Below are positions 7,190-16,503 of a stretch of DNA of 20,000 bases, piece after piece. The notes below the pieces were generated by a model, which saw only the letters and a program-made list of their open reading frames with translations, was not told the origin of the DNA and ran no database searches. A program made the position numbers and the translations under genes. Source of the stretch: an uncultured virus (IMG/VR IMGVR_UViG_3300017642_000092) (Duplodnaviria > Heunggongvirae > Uroviricota > Caudoviricetes); IMG/VR virus record IMGVR_UViG_3300017642_000092. One strand, written 5' to 3'. Within the stretch, counting starts at the first letter, position 1; the number at the start of each line of letters is the position of its first letter.

Positions 7190-10100
7190 ATGTTTTCATT
7201 CACCGAAGCCAGTTATGAAAAATCTATAATTGAATTACTAGAAGGGCTCGGGTATACCCATCTCTATGGCCCTGATGTCGATCGTGATGTCCGCAACCCG
7301 CTAATGGTGGATGAAGTACGTCTGTCGTTGGAGCGAATCAACCCGAATGCTTCTTCTGTGGCTATAGAGGAAGCTTTATATAAAATCAGAAATTATGAAG
7401 CCGGTTCCCTTGTTTCAAAAAACGAAGTGTTCACCGATTATCTGCAAAACGGTGTCTCCGTTTCTTATCAGGATAAGGGAGAAACCAGAAGCATTATTCT
7501 TTATTTGGTGGATTTCGGCGACCCGTCCAACAATAACTTTGTGGTAGCCAATCAATGGACGATTGAAGAATACGAAACCAAGCGTCCAGATGTAGTGATC
7601 TTCCTAAACGGCATCCCTGTTGTTGTAATGGAGTTAAAGTCCCCTAAGGAGGACTCGGTCACCATTGAGGATGCCTATCTCCAAATCCGCAACTATATGA
7701 AGTCCATTGAAAGTTTCTTTATTTACAATGCTTTCTGCGTCATCAGTGATCAATCACAGACCAAAGCAGGAACCATTACGGCAGACATTGATCGTTACAT
7801 GGAGTGGAAAACCGTAGACGGTAATTATGAAGAAACGCGCTATGCGGATTTCACCACCCTTCTTAAGGGGATGTTTACGAAGCACCGTTTCCTGGATATT
7901 CTTCATAATTTTATTTGCTTTTCTAAGGAATCAGGCGGAAGTGCAAAAATACTGGCAGCATACCACCAGTACTTCGCCGTAAAGAAGGCCATTGAATCTA
8001 CCACAAAAGCAAGCAGCGTCGGCGGAGACGGCCGAGGCGGTGTATTCTGGCATACTCAGGGTAGCGGAAAGTCTTTATCGATGGTGTTCTATGCAAAAGG
8101 ATTGCAAACGGCTTTAAGCAGCCCGACCATAGTCGTAATTACGGACAGAAACGACCTAGACGACCAGTTGTTTGCTCAGTTTTCCAAGTGCAAGGATTTT
8201 CTGCGCCAGACACCAATTCAAGCTGAAAAGCGCAAGCTCTCAGAGGATGAAGTCAAGAATGGCACTAACACCATCGGCCTAATGAACTGGCTTGATGGAA
8301 GAGAAGCAAACGGAATCATTTTTGCCACAATGCAAAAGTTTGAAGAGGGCGACGAGCCGTTATCTAGGCGTAGAAATATCGTTGTTATGGCTGACGAAGC
8401 GCATCGCAGCCAATATGGTTTTGAAGAAAAAGTCAACGCCAAAACCGGCAAGCTGACGATTGGAAATGCCCGCCGCGTTCATGATGCGCTACCAAATGCA
8501 ACCTATATTGGTTTTACAGGAACTCCAATTGCATTGGAAGACCGCAACACCCTTGAAGTGTTCGGCGATTACATAGATATCTACGATATGACACAGGCCG
8601 TATCAGATGGTGCCACACGCCCCATTTACTACGAAAGCCGCGTCATAAAGCTGGGGCTGGACGAGCCCACTCTGAAAAAGATCGATGCGCTCTATGAGAG
8701 CATCAAAGATAATGCCAACGAGGTAGACATCGAGAACAGCAAGCACGAATTGTCCCATATGGACAGTGTTCTCGGTACTCCGACGGTAATCAGTTCCTTA
8801 TGTGCAGATATCATCGAACACTACGAAACGAACCGTCAATATGAGCAAACGGGAAAAGCAATGATTGTTGCTTACTCTCGCTCTATTGCCATTAAGATTT
8901 ACGAGCGATTACTGGAACTTCGTCCAGAGTGGGTGGATAAAGTCAAAGTGGTAATGACCGGTAGCAACAAGGACCCGGACGAATGGAAGAAAAAATACAC
9001 GGGTAACAAAGCCTATCGTGAAGGCCTCGCTCGCGAATTCAAGGATAACAATAGCCCATTTAAAATTGCTATCGTCATTGATATGTGGCTGACCGGCTTC
9101 GACGTTCCGTCCATGTCTACCATGTATGTGTTCAAGCCCATGAAAGGCCACAACCTAATGCAGGCGATCGCCCGTGTTAACCGCGTCTTTAAGGACAAAG
9201 AAGGCGGCTTGATTGTAGATTACATTGGAATTGCATCTGCGTTGAAGGCCGCAATGCGGCAGTACACTGACCAAGACCGCAAGAACTACGGTGATATGGA
9301 CATTGCCAAGACAGCATATAAGAAATTCCAGGAAAAGCTGGAGGTTTGCCGTAGCCTATTCCACGGGTTTGATTATTCCGCTTTTCTCTCAACCGACAGC
9401 GACTTGACCAGAGCGACTCTTATTACCGGAGGCGTGAACTTTTTCTCATCGCCCGTATTGGAGGAGGAAAAGAAAGAGTATCTAACAGAGTCATATATGT
9501 TGCGTCAGGCGTTCTCTCTTTCGAAGAGTCTCGCGTCACCAAACGAACGGCGCGAGGAAGCATATTTTGAGACAGTCCGTTCTGTCCTGATGAAAATTGA
9601 ACATCCGGGCGCGATTTCTCTCAAGGAAATCAACGCGCAGGTCAATGAACTTTTGAAACAGAGCGTTCAGAGTGAAGGCGTAATCAATTTGTTCACGGAC
9701 GTTGATAAGGAGTTCAATCTGTTCAACACGGCATTTATGGAAGAAATTTCGAAGATGCCAGAGAAGAATCTGTCGATTGAGCTCTTGAAAAAGCTAATCG
9801 CCGAACAGGTCAGAATCTACAAACGAACAAATATCGTAAAATCACAGCAGTTCTCTGAGATGCTCGATAAAATTGTAAAGTCCTATCTCAATGGGCTTCT
9901 GTCGAACGAGCAAGTGATATCGGAACTGATGAAGATGGCGCAGGATATCGCCAATGCACATCAGAATGGCAATGCGATGGGATTATCCGACGAAGAGCTT
10001 GCCTTCTATGATGCGCTGACGCAACCCAGAGCTGTTAAAGATGTTTATTCGAATGACCAACTAATAGCCATTACCAAAGAACTTACTGAAGAGCTGCGCA

Positions 10101-10261
10101 AGTCTCGAACGGTTGACTGGGAAAAGAAAGAGTCTGCCCGCGCCGGTATGCGTCGTATGGTCAAGCGTCTGCTCAAAAAATACAAGTATCCGCCGGAAGG
10201 CATGGAAGATGCCGTCCAAACCGTGATCAATCAGTGTGAGATGTGGTCGGGAAATCAGTAA
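7190..10261 (+). CDS. hsdR: Type I R-M restriction (endonuclease/translocase) subunit
   Basis: 1023 aa. Nuclease RPD...ELK and QIRNY, Walker A HTQGSGKS, DEAH box, FTGTP, LTGFD and QAIARVNR. Confidence 0.96.
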   Translation: MFSFTEASYEKSIIELLEGLGYTHLYGPDVDRDVRNPLMVDEVRLSLERINPNASSVAIEEALYKIRNYEAGSLVSKNEVFTDYLQNGVSVSYQDKGETRSIILYLVDFGDPSNNNFVVANQWTIEEYETKRPDVVIFLNGIPVVVMELKSPKEDSVTIEDAYLQIRNYMKSIESFFIYNAFCVISDQSQTKAGTITADIDRYMEWKTVDGNYEETRYADFTTLLKGMFTKHRFLDILHNFICFSKESGGSAKILAAYHQYFAVKKAIESTTKASSVGGDGRGGVFWHTQGSGKSLSMVFYAKGLQTALSSPTIVVITDRNDLDDQLFAQFSKCKDFLRQTPIQAEKRKLSEDEVKNGTNTIGLMNWLDGREANGIIFATMQKFEEGDEPLSRRRNIVVMADEAHRSQYGFEEKVNAKTGKLTIGNARRVHDALPNATYIGFTGTPIALEDRNTLEVFGDYIDIYDMTQAVSDGATRPIYYESRVIKLGLDEPTLKKIDALYESIKDNANEVDIENSKHELSHMDSVLGTPTVISSLCADIIEHYETNRQYEQTGKAMIVAYSRSIAIKIYERLLELRPEWVDKVKVVMTGSNKDPDEWKKKYTGNKAYREGLAREFKDNNSPFKIAIVIDMWLTGFDVPSMSTMYVFKPMKGHNLMQAIARVNRVFKDKEGGLIVDYIGIASALKAAMRQYTDQDRKNYGDMDIAKTAYKKFQEKLEVCRSLFHGFDYSAFLSTDSDLTRATLITGGVNFFSSPVLEEEKKEYLTESYMLRQAFSLSKSLASPNERREEAYFETVRSVLMKIEHPGAISLKEINAQVNELLKQSVQSEGVINLFTDVDKEFNLFNTAFMEEISKMPEKNLSIELLKKLIAEQVRIYKRTNIVKSQQFSEMLDKIVKSYLNGLLSNEQVISELMKMAQDIANAHQNGNAMGLSDEELAFYDALTQPRAVKDVYSNDQLIAITKELTEELRKSRTVDWEKKESARAGMRRMVKRLLKKYKYPPEGMEDAVQTVINQCEMWSGNQ

Positions 10262-10350
10262 GCACCCAGTAGCTTTAAAGTGGTTAATGCAGGTGCGCAA
10301 ATACGCTGGAAGAGCAATATCTACGGAATGATTTGAAAGGGGCCGGCATC

Positions 10351-11451
10351 ATGCTGACATTGAAGGAACTAACAGAGCGGATTGAAACCGTGAAATCGTT
10401 ATACCCCCATGACGCAAAAGAACTGTCCGATGCGCTGGGACTGCTTTCATTGGCTTTGGACGGCTTATACGAAAGTACAACAAAATCTGTGCATGAGCTC
10501 ATGGAAAAACGTCGTCCTAGTGAATGCCAAACTGTCCTTCTCTTTCAGCAGGATGTTATTGATTTGCAGGAGAAGGTAGACGAGTACTCGGATGCACTTT
10601 TGGATGAAAAAGAACAAGCTGAAGATATTGATGAAATGGTTACAGATGAAGAAGTTGAAAAACGCCAACTTCCTGATTACGCAAAATATCAAGTGGATTC
10701 GGCTGTTCCGCACAGCCTCAATGATGATTATACATACACCAAGGCCTGCGGTTTTACAATCAATGGCAACTACTACGACGCGAAAAACATGAGGGATATT
10801 CTTGTTCAGACCTGTGGCATCTTGGCTGAAACGGACCTGCAAAAAATGGATTCTCTTGTAGATGACCCCACGATGAAGGGTCGTAAGGTTATCTATTTGG
10901 GACGGAAATATGTTGTTGAGGACAAGGTTCCAAAAAATGAGCAGATTCCCGGCACTGATCTCTATGTGTGGACAAATCTGAGCTGTAACAGCATCCGGAA
11001 TTTAATTAGAAAGATACTCCAAAAGTACGGATATAAAAGGGATAGCTTTCAAATCTATCTGCGTGCAGACTATTCCGACCTGCACAGAGGGGACGTGCTA
11101 CCAGATAGGTGCTCGGTTCCGGAGGACGAAGAGAAAATTGGCAAACTGGTAAAGAAGACGATGCAGCAGCTATCAGACAGCAATCACAAATTTTCCAGTA
11201 ATGAGTTGCTCGCCATGCAATCAGCGCAGTGGTGCAAGAACACATTAGGGCTTTATGAGGTGATGCTCAAAAAATACAACCCTGAACTAGATATCACTTC
11301 ACAGATTACTATCAGCGGATATCCTCGTTTCTGGAAAGATTTGTTTGTCTTTAACGGAGAAAAGTATTTTGTGACCAGCCAATGGTATGAGAGACATAGA
11401 GCCGCCTTCGTAGAATGGGCAAAGCAATTCGATTGTAATCAGCACGAATAA
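10351..11451 (+). CDS. Hypothetical protein (366 aa): helical N-terminus, SeqA-C-like domain and a second putative DNA-binding domain
   Basis: ATG at 10351 after GAAAGGGG. The central KGRK..Y...IPGTDLYVWTNLSCNSIRNLIRKILQKYG recalls the SeqA C-terminal domain. C-terminal KIGKLVK...RFWK...YFVTSQWYE module. No nuclease motif seen. Confidence 0.7.
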   Translation: MLTLKELTERIETVKSLYPHDAKELSDALGLLSLALDGLYESTTKSVHELMEKRRPSECQTVLLFQQDVIDLQEKVDEYSDALLDEKEQAEDIDEMVTDEEVEKRQLPDYAKYQVDSAVPHSLNDDYTYTKACGFTINGNYYDAKNMRDILVQTCGILAETDLQKMDSLVDDPTMKGRKVIYLGRKYVVEDKVPKNEQIPGTDLYVWTNLSCNSIRNLIRKILQKYGYKRDSFQIYLRADYSDLHRGDVLPDRCSVPEDEEKIGKLVKKTMQQLSDSNHKFSSNELLAMQSAQWCKNTLGLYEVMLKKYNPELDITSQITISGYPRFWKDLFVFNGEKYFVTSQWYERHRAAFVEWAKQFDCNQHE

Positions 11452-11517
11452 GACCACCATTTACTCAATTTGTTTTGTCTCTTAATGTAAGGAGAACATA
11501 TATAGGAGGGCACAAGC

Positions 11518-11823
11518 ATGGCCTATGAAACGCCAATTACCATTGCAGAAGTGATGAAGAATATATCAGCAGACAGATATGTCCTTCCCTCTATTCAAAG
11601 AGAATACGTATGGGATACGGATCAGATCGAAACCTTATTTGATTCGCTCATGCGCAACTACCCGATAGGGACATTTCTGTTTTGGGAAATAAATAAGGAG
11701 CACGTTAACGACTATGATTTCTATGGATTTATCCGCAATTACCACGAAAAGAAATCTGTACATAATAAGAAAATCAATCTTAAGGGATCTGATGGTGTGA
11801 CTGCCATACTTGACGGGCAGCAA
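11518..11823 (+). pseudogene. GmrS/DUF262 N-terminal fragment (type IV restriction GmrSD-like), broken after DGQQ
   Basis: RBS GGAGG. LPSIQREYVW, LFDSL..YPIG, ILDGQQ. The expected R after DGQQ is replaced by unrelated sequence and a stop at 11856. Confidence 0.88.
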
Positions 11824-11975
11824 AACGCAATTATTCTATTGGACTTGCTCGCATAGTCATTAGCTGGTGTAAATGTTACTTCATAATAGATTTTTTGATT
11901 CACAAAAAATGGTTTAATTTTCTGAATATAATATTTTTCTCCACCGCTAGCGCCTCTTGTATCATACTGACACAC
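11823..11975 (-). pseudogene. Inverted fragment, probably from the N-terminal region of a RecD-like helicase gene
   Basis: Reads VCQYDTRGASGGEKYYIQKIKPFFVNQKIYYEVTFTPANDYASKSNRIIAF. Assignment is from recollection of RecD-like helicases in Bacillota restriction islands and needs a BLAST check. Confidence 0.5.
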
Positions 11976-12292
11976 CTTATTGATGACGTTATAAAGTTTA
12001 GAAAGCGCATTTATGGCAAAACGGGATTGTTCGCGCGTGTACTGAAATTCTTCAGAATAACTGATGTTGTCGCTCACAAAAATAGAGACATCTCCATCTT
12101 CCTGCATATCAAGAATTTTCCCGACCTCAAACCAGTATGTGTTCTGATCGTTTTGCACTTCCTTTTCCGAAAGAAATCTAAAATCAAACTCATTGTCGCT
12201 TTCTTCGGGGGAAGATAAAAGGTTTAGATACAGTTTTCTGACCGGATATGCGTTTTCGTTATTTCTCGAAAGGTATTTCAGCTTATATGCGT
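11976..12292 (-). pseudogene. Inverted middle fragment of the DUF262/GmrSD gene
   Basis: Manual translation AYKLKYLSRNNENAYPVRKLYLNLLSSPEESDNEFDFRFLSEKEVQNDQNTYWFEVGKIL...LSKLYNVINK, the kind of sequence that follows DGQQR in this DUF262 subfamily. No RBS or start of its own. Confidence 0.65.
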
Positions 12293-12740
12293 GTCTGGTA
12301 TGAATGCGCGAGCAACGCTAAACCAATTGCCAAAACGAATGGAACTTATTTGGTATGTATCACCTACCAAAAGAAGGAGTTGGTAATTATCCCTAGAAAG
12401 TATTCTTCGCATATCCTCGTTACTGACGGTACTACTTTCATCTATCACAAGCAAATCGTATTCTGTGCTCATATCTCTCCGAAGATATTTAGCTATAGTT
12501 GAAAATGTGCAATTTGCAGCTGTTACTCGTCGTTTAAGGTTATCTACAGCTGGGTTCGTTTGTGCAAGAAATAGTTTTCTTTTATCTGCAAAAAAATGAG
12601 CAGTGTGATCGATGAGAGTTGATTTTCCTGTTCCCGCAGAGCCATAAATAAGTGCAACTTTTGAATGCGAGTACATCTGCATTAAAGCATTTTTCTTCTC
12701 TTCACAGTCCACCCCAGAGTTTGTCCCATTAATCCATTCA
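12291..12740 (-). pseudogene. Inverted core fragment of a RecD-like (SF1B) helicase
   Basis: Walker A IYGSAGTGKST, motif Ia LAQTNPAVDNL, Walker B LLVIDESS and motif III LVGDTYQI. Lacks the N- and C-terminal parts. Confidence 0.85.
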
Positions 12741-13231
12741 TAGATGAACAAAGAATGAGCCGCCTGTACGAGAAATTTATACTCGAATACTACATCAAAG
12801 AGTATCCAACATTGAATGTAAGCGCGTCGCAAATTCCGTGTGCGCTGGATGATGGAATTGGAACGATGCTGCCGGTTATGCAAAGCGACATTACTCTGGC
12901 ACAGGGAGCAAAGGTTCTCATCATAGACGCGAAGTATTACACGCACACCACGCAGGTTCAATTTGATGCGCATACTCTGCATTCGAACAATTTATATCAG
13001 ATTTTTACCTATGTAAAAAACAAAGACACACAGTTTGGCGATAAACCGCATGAGGTCTCTGGAATGCTCTTATATGCGCGAACAGACGAAACAATACAGC
13101 CTGATGGCGTTTACCAAATGAGCGGAAACAAGATTAGTGTCAAAACGCTGGATCTGAACTGTGATTTTAAGAGCATTGCAGTACAGCTCAATGCCATAGC
13201 AGAAGAACATTTCAGTGTCGAAGTTGTGTAA
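12737..13231 (+). pseudogene. mcrC: McrC C-terminal nuclease fragment (5' half and mcrB missing)
   Basis: FIDEQRMSRLYEKFILEYY...MQSDITL...IIDAKYY...NLYQIFTYV...GMLLYA. About 160 aa against roughly 350 aa for full McrC, with no RBS. Confidence 0.85.
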
Positions 13232-13256
13232 TCAGATAAAGAAAGGCGGTGAGTAT

Positions 13257-13676
13257 ATGCCATCAAACCCAGACATTCATACATTTGCGGTTAAGTGGTT
13301 CGATGTGTTTCGTAACACAAAGGCCGTTATTGAAGATGTTGAAACTACGGCATTTTCAGATGAATGTTTTGCTCTCGGTTTTGAAATGGACTGCGGGAAA
13401 TCATTTGAAAATGCATATCCAGAGGTCAAGGCTTTTGCTGATTATCGAGAATTAGATAAAATTGTTGATGGCATTACCGATATTCCGCTTCTTGGCGCGG
13501 CTATTTTTTCTAAATGGAGATATTTCACACATTGGGGGGGTCCCGGCGAGGACATTCTTTCTTTTGAAAACCGTTCATGGTTTATTACTGCCCTCGGGCG
13601 GCTGGAACGATTAGCATCTGATAATGAAGAAACCGCCTTAGTCTGCGGTGAAAGGCTCGGAGTGAGATACATATGA
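13257..13676 (+). CDS. Hypothetical protein (139 aa), possibly C-terminally truncated
   Basis: ATG at 13257 after AAAGGCGGTGA. Motifs FAVKW, LGFEMDCG and LGAAIFSKWRYFTHW. The stop overlaps the next start (ATGA). Confidence 0.7.
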   Translation: MPSNPDIHTFAVKWFDVFRNTKAVIEDVETTAFSDECFALGFEMDCGKSFENAYPEVKAFADYRELDKIVDGITDIPLLGAAIFSKWRYFTHWGGPGEDILSFENRSWFITALGRLERLASDNEETALVCGERLGVRYI

Positions 13677-16072
13677 ACGATGAAATGATAGAACTTAAAT
13701 GTGAATTACTTCCCTATGACAATTTTGCGGGAATGGATAAATTTGATTTTGATAGAACCATTTATGACTTGAACAGTCAGATTGATTTATTATCAAGTCA
13801 AGCAGATAATCTGGATTACATCGTAGCCATTGCCAGTGGCATTGCCTGTGGTATGCTTGACATCCTTTGGGTAGGAGACTTTGACTTAGCGCATGGGCGT
13901 AATATTGCCAATGATAAGGTGGACTCTTTCGTTAAGAAGACCGCTGAAATGCTGGAAGGCGAGAAGTTTGATGATGTGAAATCCGCTGTAAAGGCATTGG
14001 AAAAGCGATTTCCCATACCGAGTGATGGTAACACACCCGAATTTGGCGGAGGTTTACAACACCATCTTCGCGACTTTGCCCATCACCCAACAATTGTTGG
14101 CTTGGCTTTCTCTTTGCTGACACAATTTACAGAAAAGTCTTACGGAACGGATGTCAATGGCTTATTTTTTATTGTGGATGTGCCAGAAAAGAGCAAACCG
14201 TTTATCGGGAAAGATGTACCGCAAAAAATATTAATGGGAACAATCACATGGTTTTTCCATCTTGTCAGTGATATAGCTGGTTCAAGCAGTACTGCGGGTG
14301 TCACAGGCGGAACTGGCATTCCAGGGCCTTTGCTATCTCTGGCAAAGGAAATCTCAGCGATTCCGTTTTTTAAGAATGTTAAAGTGGGCGATGAGACATC
14401 GTTATCACAATTCCTTTCAAAACTGTTTAACGGTACTCTTATGATGCAACGCGATGAGAATGGACAAATTATTAAAGATTCAGTCGTTAAATTTGACTTG
14501 CGTGGTGAACTTGGCGTGGCAGTGGAACTGTGTAAGCAAGCAGTTCCTGTTGTTGCAAATGAGTGTATTGTTCGAGGATTCTATTTCATACGCCGGCTTG
14601 CTATGGCCATGAAAGAAAACGATGTTAAATGCATTGCTGATATGAAGACGATTGAATGGAAAGCCATAAAACCCACAAATGACCCGACAATCGCTCGTAT
14701 GCTTACTATTTCAACCGGGGTGTTTACTGCGCTTGATATTGGTGAGGCGGTTGCAACACAGAAGTATTGGGTATCCATCAATTATATAGGCATCGGCCGA
14801 TTTGTCGTTGCAATAGGTGCCGATGTGAGTTGGGGGCTTAAAGCACGAGAAGTCAAAAAGGTCAGAGAAGTATTTGAGAATATGAAGCGTCAGACTTTCA
14901 AAAAAGCTGATGCCGATGTATACAGAAGAATAGGAAACGATATGAATGCTGAAATAGATAAACTCGGTCTTACATTAGAACAGACAGAAATTCTTTATAA
15001 CATTGAATACTACAAGACGCTTCACGATATTGAAACCACAAATATTCCGATAGTGGGTGACGACGTTAAGGAATTGAAGTCGGCTTGGCTTCAGGAATGG
15101 ACAAAGTTCATTACTGAGGGATTTGAAAGCTTTACTCAGGTGAAAGGAGCAGAAATTCACTGGTACAGCAGCGAGGAACTGCAACAGCACATTGAGGAAC
15201 AAAAACCGCAAGGAACATGGTTTAGGTTGATTCTCCTCGAAGCAATGCTGTTTGACCCATATTATCCGCTTGGTATTGAGAAGGACAAAAAGGGCAACGA
15301 TGTGCCGTGCAAGAAATACAATTATCTCAACAATCCCATTAACGGATTCAAAAAATCTGAGGGCGACCGCTTCCTCAACGACCAGTTCACGGGAAAATAT
15401 TGTGAACTTGGTTATGTAAAGAGACTACGCAAGTCCTACGAAAAGCGAATGAACGAACTGAACGAGGTGTTAAAAACTGTCATCACTTCGTTGTCTATCA
15501 CTGCACTTATTGCAATTGTTGTTGTTGCAACCGCAGGAGCGTTTGCCGGACCGATAGCAGTTGCACTGGTAGGCTCAAATTTTGCTGGACTCAGTGGTGC
15601 TGCTTTGACAAGTGCTTGCCTTGCTTACCTTGGCGGTGGTGCAATTGCCGTAGGCGGTGCAGGAATGCTTGGCGGCACAATTGCCATTGTTGGCGGCGGT
15701 GCGGCACTTGGCATTGGTGTAGGCGCGGGAGTTGGTGGCGCTGTTGGCGCAGCCGGACTCATGGGAAAGAAAAACACGATTATGCAATCTGCTAAATTGC
15801 TTACGTCTGTTCGAGAAATATTCCTTAATGACGAACACGATGTAGAATTCTCCAATACTGTGTATGAGCAATATCTTCAGAACATCACCGATATTGAAAA
15901 AGGTCTCGTTGAACTGCGTTTGAAAAAGGATGTTGCAAGCGGTAAAGAGAAAAAAGCAATTGCTGAAACCATAAAAAAAGCGGAAGAATCAGTTGATGCA
16001 ATGAAGATTGCTCGTAAAAGTATGCTTAAGTACAACAGTTCCTTTGAGGAAGGATTAAAGCTACAGAAATAA
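13673..16072 (+). CDS. Large hypothetical membrane protein (799 aa) with a glycine-zipper hairpin and coiled-coil C-terminus
   Basis: Intact long ORF with RBS GGAGTGA. Hydrophobic segments near aa 47-66, 138-152 and 340-385, and a Gly/Ala-rich tract at about aa 600-700. HHLRDFAHHP motif. Confidence 0.85.
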   Translation: MNDEMIELKCELLPYDNFAGMDKFDFDRTIYDLNSQIDLLSSQADNLDYIVAIASGIACGMLDILWVGDFDLAHGRNIANDKVDSFVKKTAEMLEGEKFDDVKSAVKALEKRFPIPSDGNTPEFGGGLQHHLRDFAHHPTIVGLAFSLLTQFTEKSYGTDVNGLFFIVDVPEKSKPFIGKDVPQKILMGTITWFFHLVSDIAGSSSTAGVTGGTGIPGPLLSLAKEISAIPFFKNVKVGDETSLSQFLSKLFNGTLMMQRDENGQIIKDSVVKFDLRGELGVAVELCKQAVPVVANECIVRGFYFIRRLAMAMKENDVKCIADMKTIEWKAIKPTNDPTIARMLTISTGVFTALDIGEAVATQKYWVSINYIGIGRFVVAIGADVSWGLKAREVKKVREVFENMKRQTFKKADADVYRRIGNDMNAEIDKLGLTLEQTEILYNIEYYKTLHDIETTNIPIVGDDVKELKSAWLQEWTKFITEGFESFTQVKGAEIHWYSSEELQQHIEEQKPQGTWFRLILLEAMLFDPYYPLGIEKDKKGNDVPCKKYNYLNNPINGFKKSEGDRFLNDQFTGKYCELGYVKRLRKSYEKRMNELNEVLKTVITSLSITALIAIVVVATAGAFAGPIAVALVGSNFAGLSGAALTSACLAYLGGGAIAVGGAGMLGGTIAIVGGGAALGIGVGAGVGGAVGAAGLMGKKNTIMQSAKLLTSVREIFLNDEHDVEFSNTVYEQYLQNITDIEKGLVELRLKKDVASGKEKKAIAETIKKAEESVDAMKIARKSMLKYNSSFEEGLKLQK

Positions 16073-16080
16073 CTTTCATT

Positions 16081-16157
16081 TCAACCCGTGCAGAACGGCA
16101 GAAACCTGCGCAGAACGATTTATACCCTCGCAGAACTTTTCCTCTGAAAATCTGCAC
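16081..16157. repeat. Three imperfect direct repeats with exact 20-bp period, plus one inverted partial copy
   Basis: GCAGAAC at 16090, 16110 and 16130, each preceded by ACC (aacccgtGCAGAAC / aacctgcGCAGAAC / taccctcGCAGAAC). Extra GCAGAAAC at 16098 and inverted TCTGCAC at 16151. Confidence 0.7.
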
Positions 16158-16189
16158 CCTGTATCAATATTATCAGCCTTTGCCATCCG

Positions 16190-16228
16190 GACCCCGAAAG
16201 CTGTTGCTTTCGGGGTCTTGTTGTTATC
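16190..16228 (+). terminator. Intrinsic terminator-like hairpin between convergent genes
   Basis: Perfect 12-bp stem GACCCCGAAAGC (16190-16201)/GCTTTCGGGGTC (16206-16217) with a 4-nt loop, followed by T-rich TTGTTGTTAT. Confidence 0.75.
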
Positions 16229-16301
16229 TGTTGCCATTATTATACGATGGTTTGCTGCTGTCAGCAAGAATATTGCTGCTCTTTGTCTGCGGCTGCGGCG
16301 G

Positions 16302-16484
16302 TTACTTCCGTTTCTTTTCCAGCGCTTGCACGATGGCACCTGCCGTCACATCCTGTGCGCCTGCATCCAGATGGGCGTAGATGTCCGCTGTGGTGGAATA
16401 GTTCGCGTGTCCCAGCCAAAGCTGGATCAGCTTCATGTCCACGCCCTGTGCGACCAGCAGACTGGCGCAGGTATGGCGGAGATC
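16302..16484 (-). pseudogene. Tyrosine recombinase/integrase 3' remnant (60 aa)
   Basis: DLRHTCASLL...IQLWLGHANYSTTADIYAH carries the catalytic R, H and Y. Everything upstream of the D of (H)DLRH is missing. Confidence 0.9.
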
Positions 16485-16503
16485 AGCCGCTGTCAAGCAA
16501 AGA

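Larger units (their letters stand above)
1..16230. mobile_element. Prophage-like element arm: replication module plus divergent defence cargo (boundaries uncertain)
   Basis: Sigma-like/DUF2800/DUF2815 module facing away from XRE plus R-M cargo, with a visible composition shift near 2800. The right boundary is only inferred from the repeat/terminator region. Confidence 0.55.

Noticed and set aside
11739..12158. 139-aa minus ORF as a real gene
   Set aside because: It is a chimera of DUF262-middle, probable helicase and antisense DUF262 sequence. The GTG start is an internal codon.
12278..12982. 234-aa minus ORF as an intact helicase gene
   Set aside because: Its first ~80 aa are the antisense of the mcrC fragment. 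Only ~12291-12740 is helicase-like, and the later helicase motifs are missing.
13534..13540. G7 tract as a phase-variation switch
   Set aside because: The run is short, in frame and explained by Trp-Gly-Gly codons.
16081..16140. Mini-CRISPR array
   Set aside because: The conserved core is only about 7-14 bp with a 20-bp period, leaving no room for spacers.
16160..16300. tRNA 3'-end duplication as a tyrosine-integrase att site
   Set aside because: No T-loop (GTTCRA) or acceptor-stem pattern is visible on either strand.
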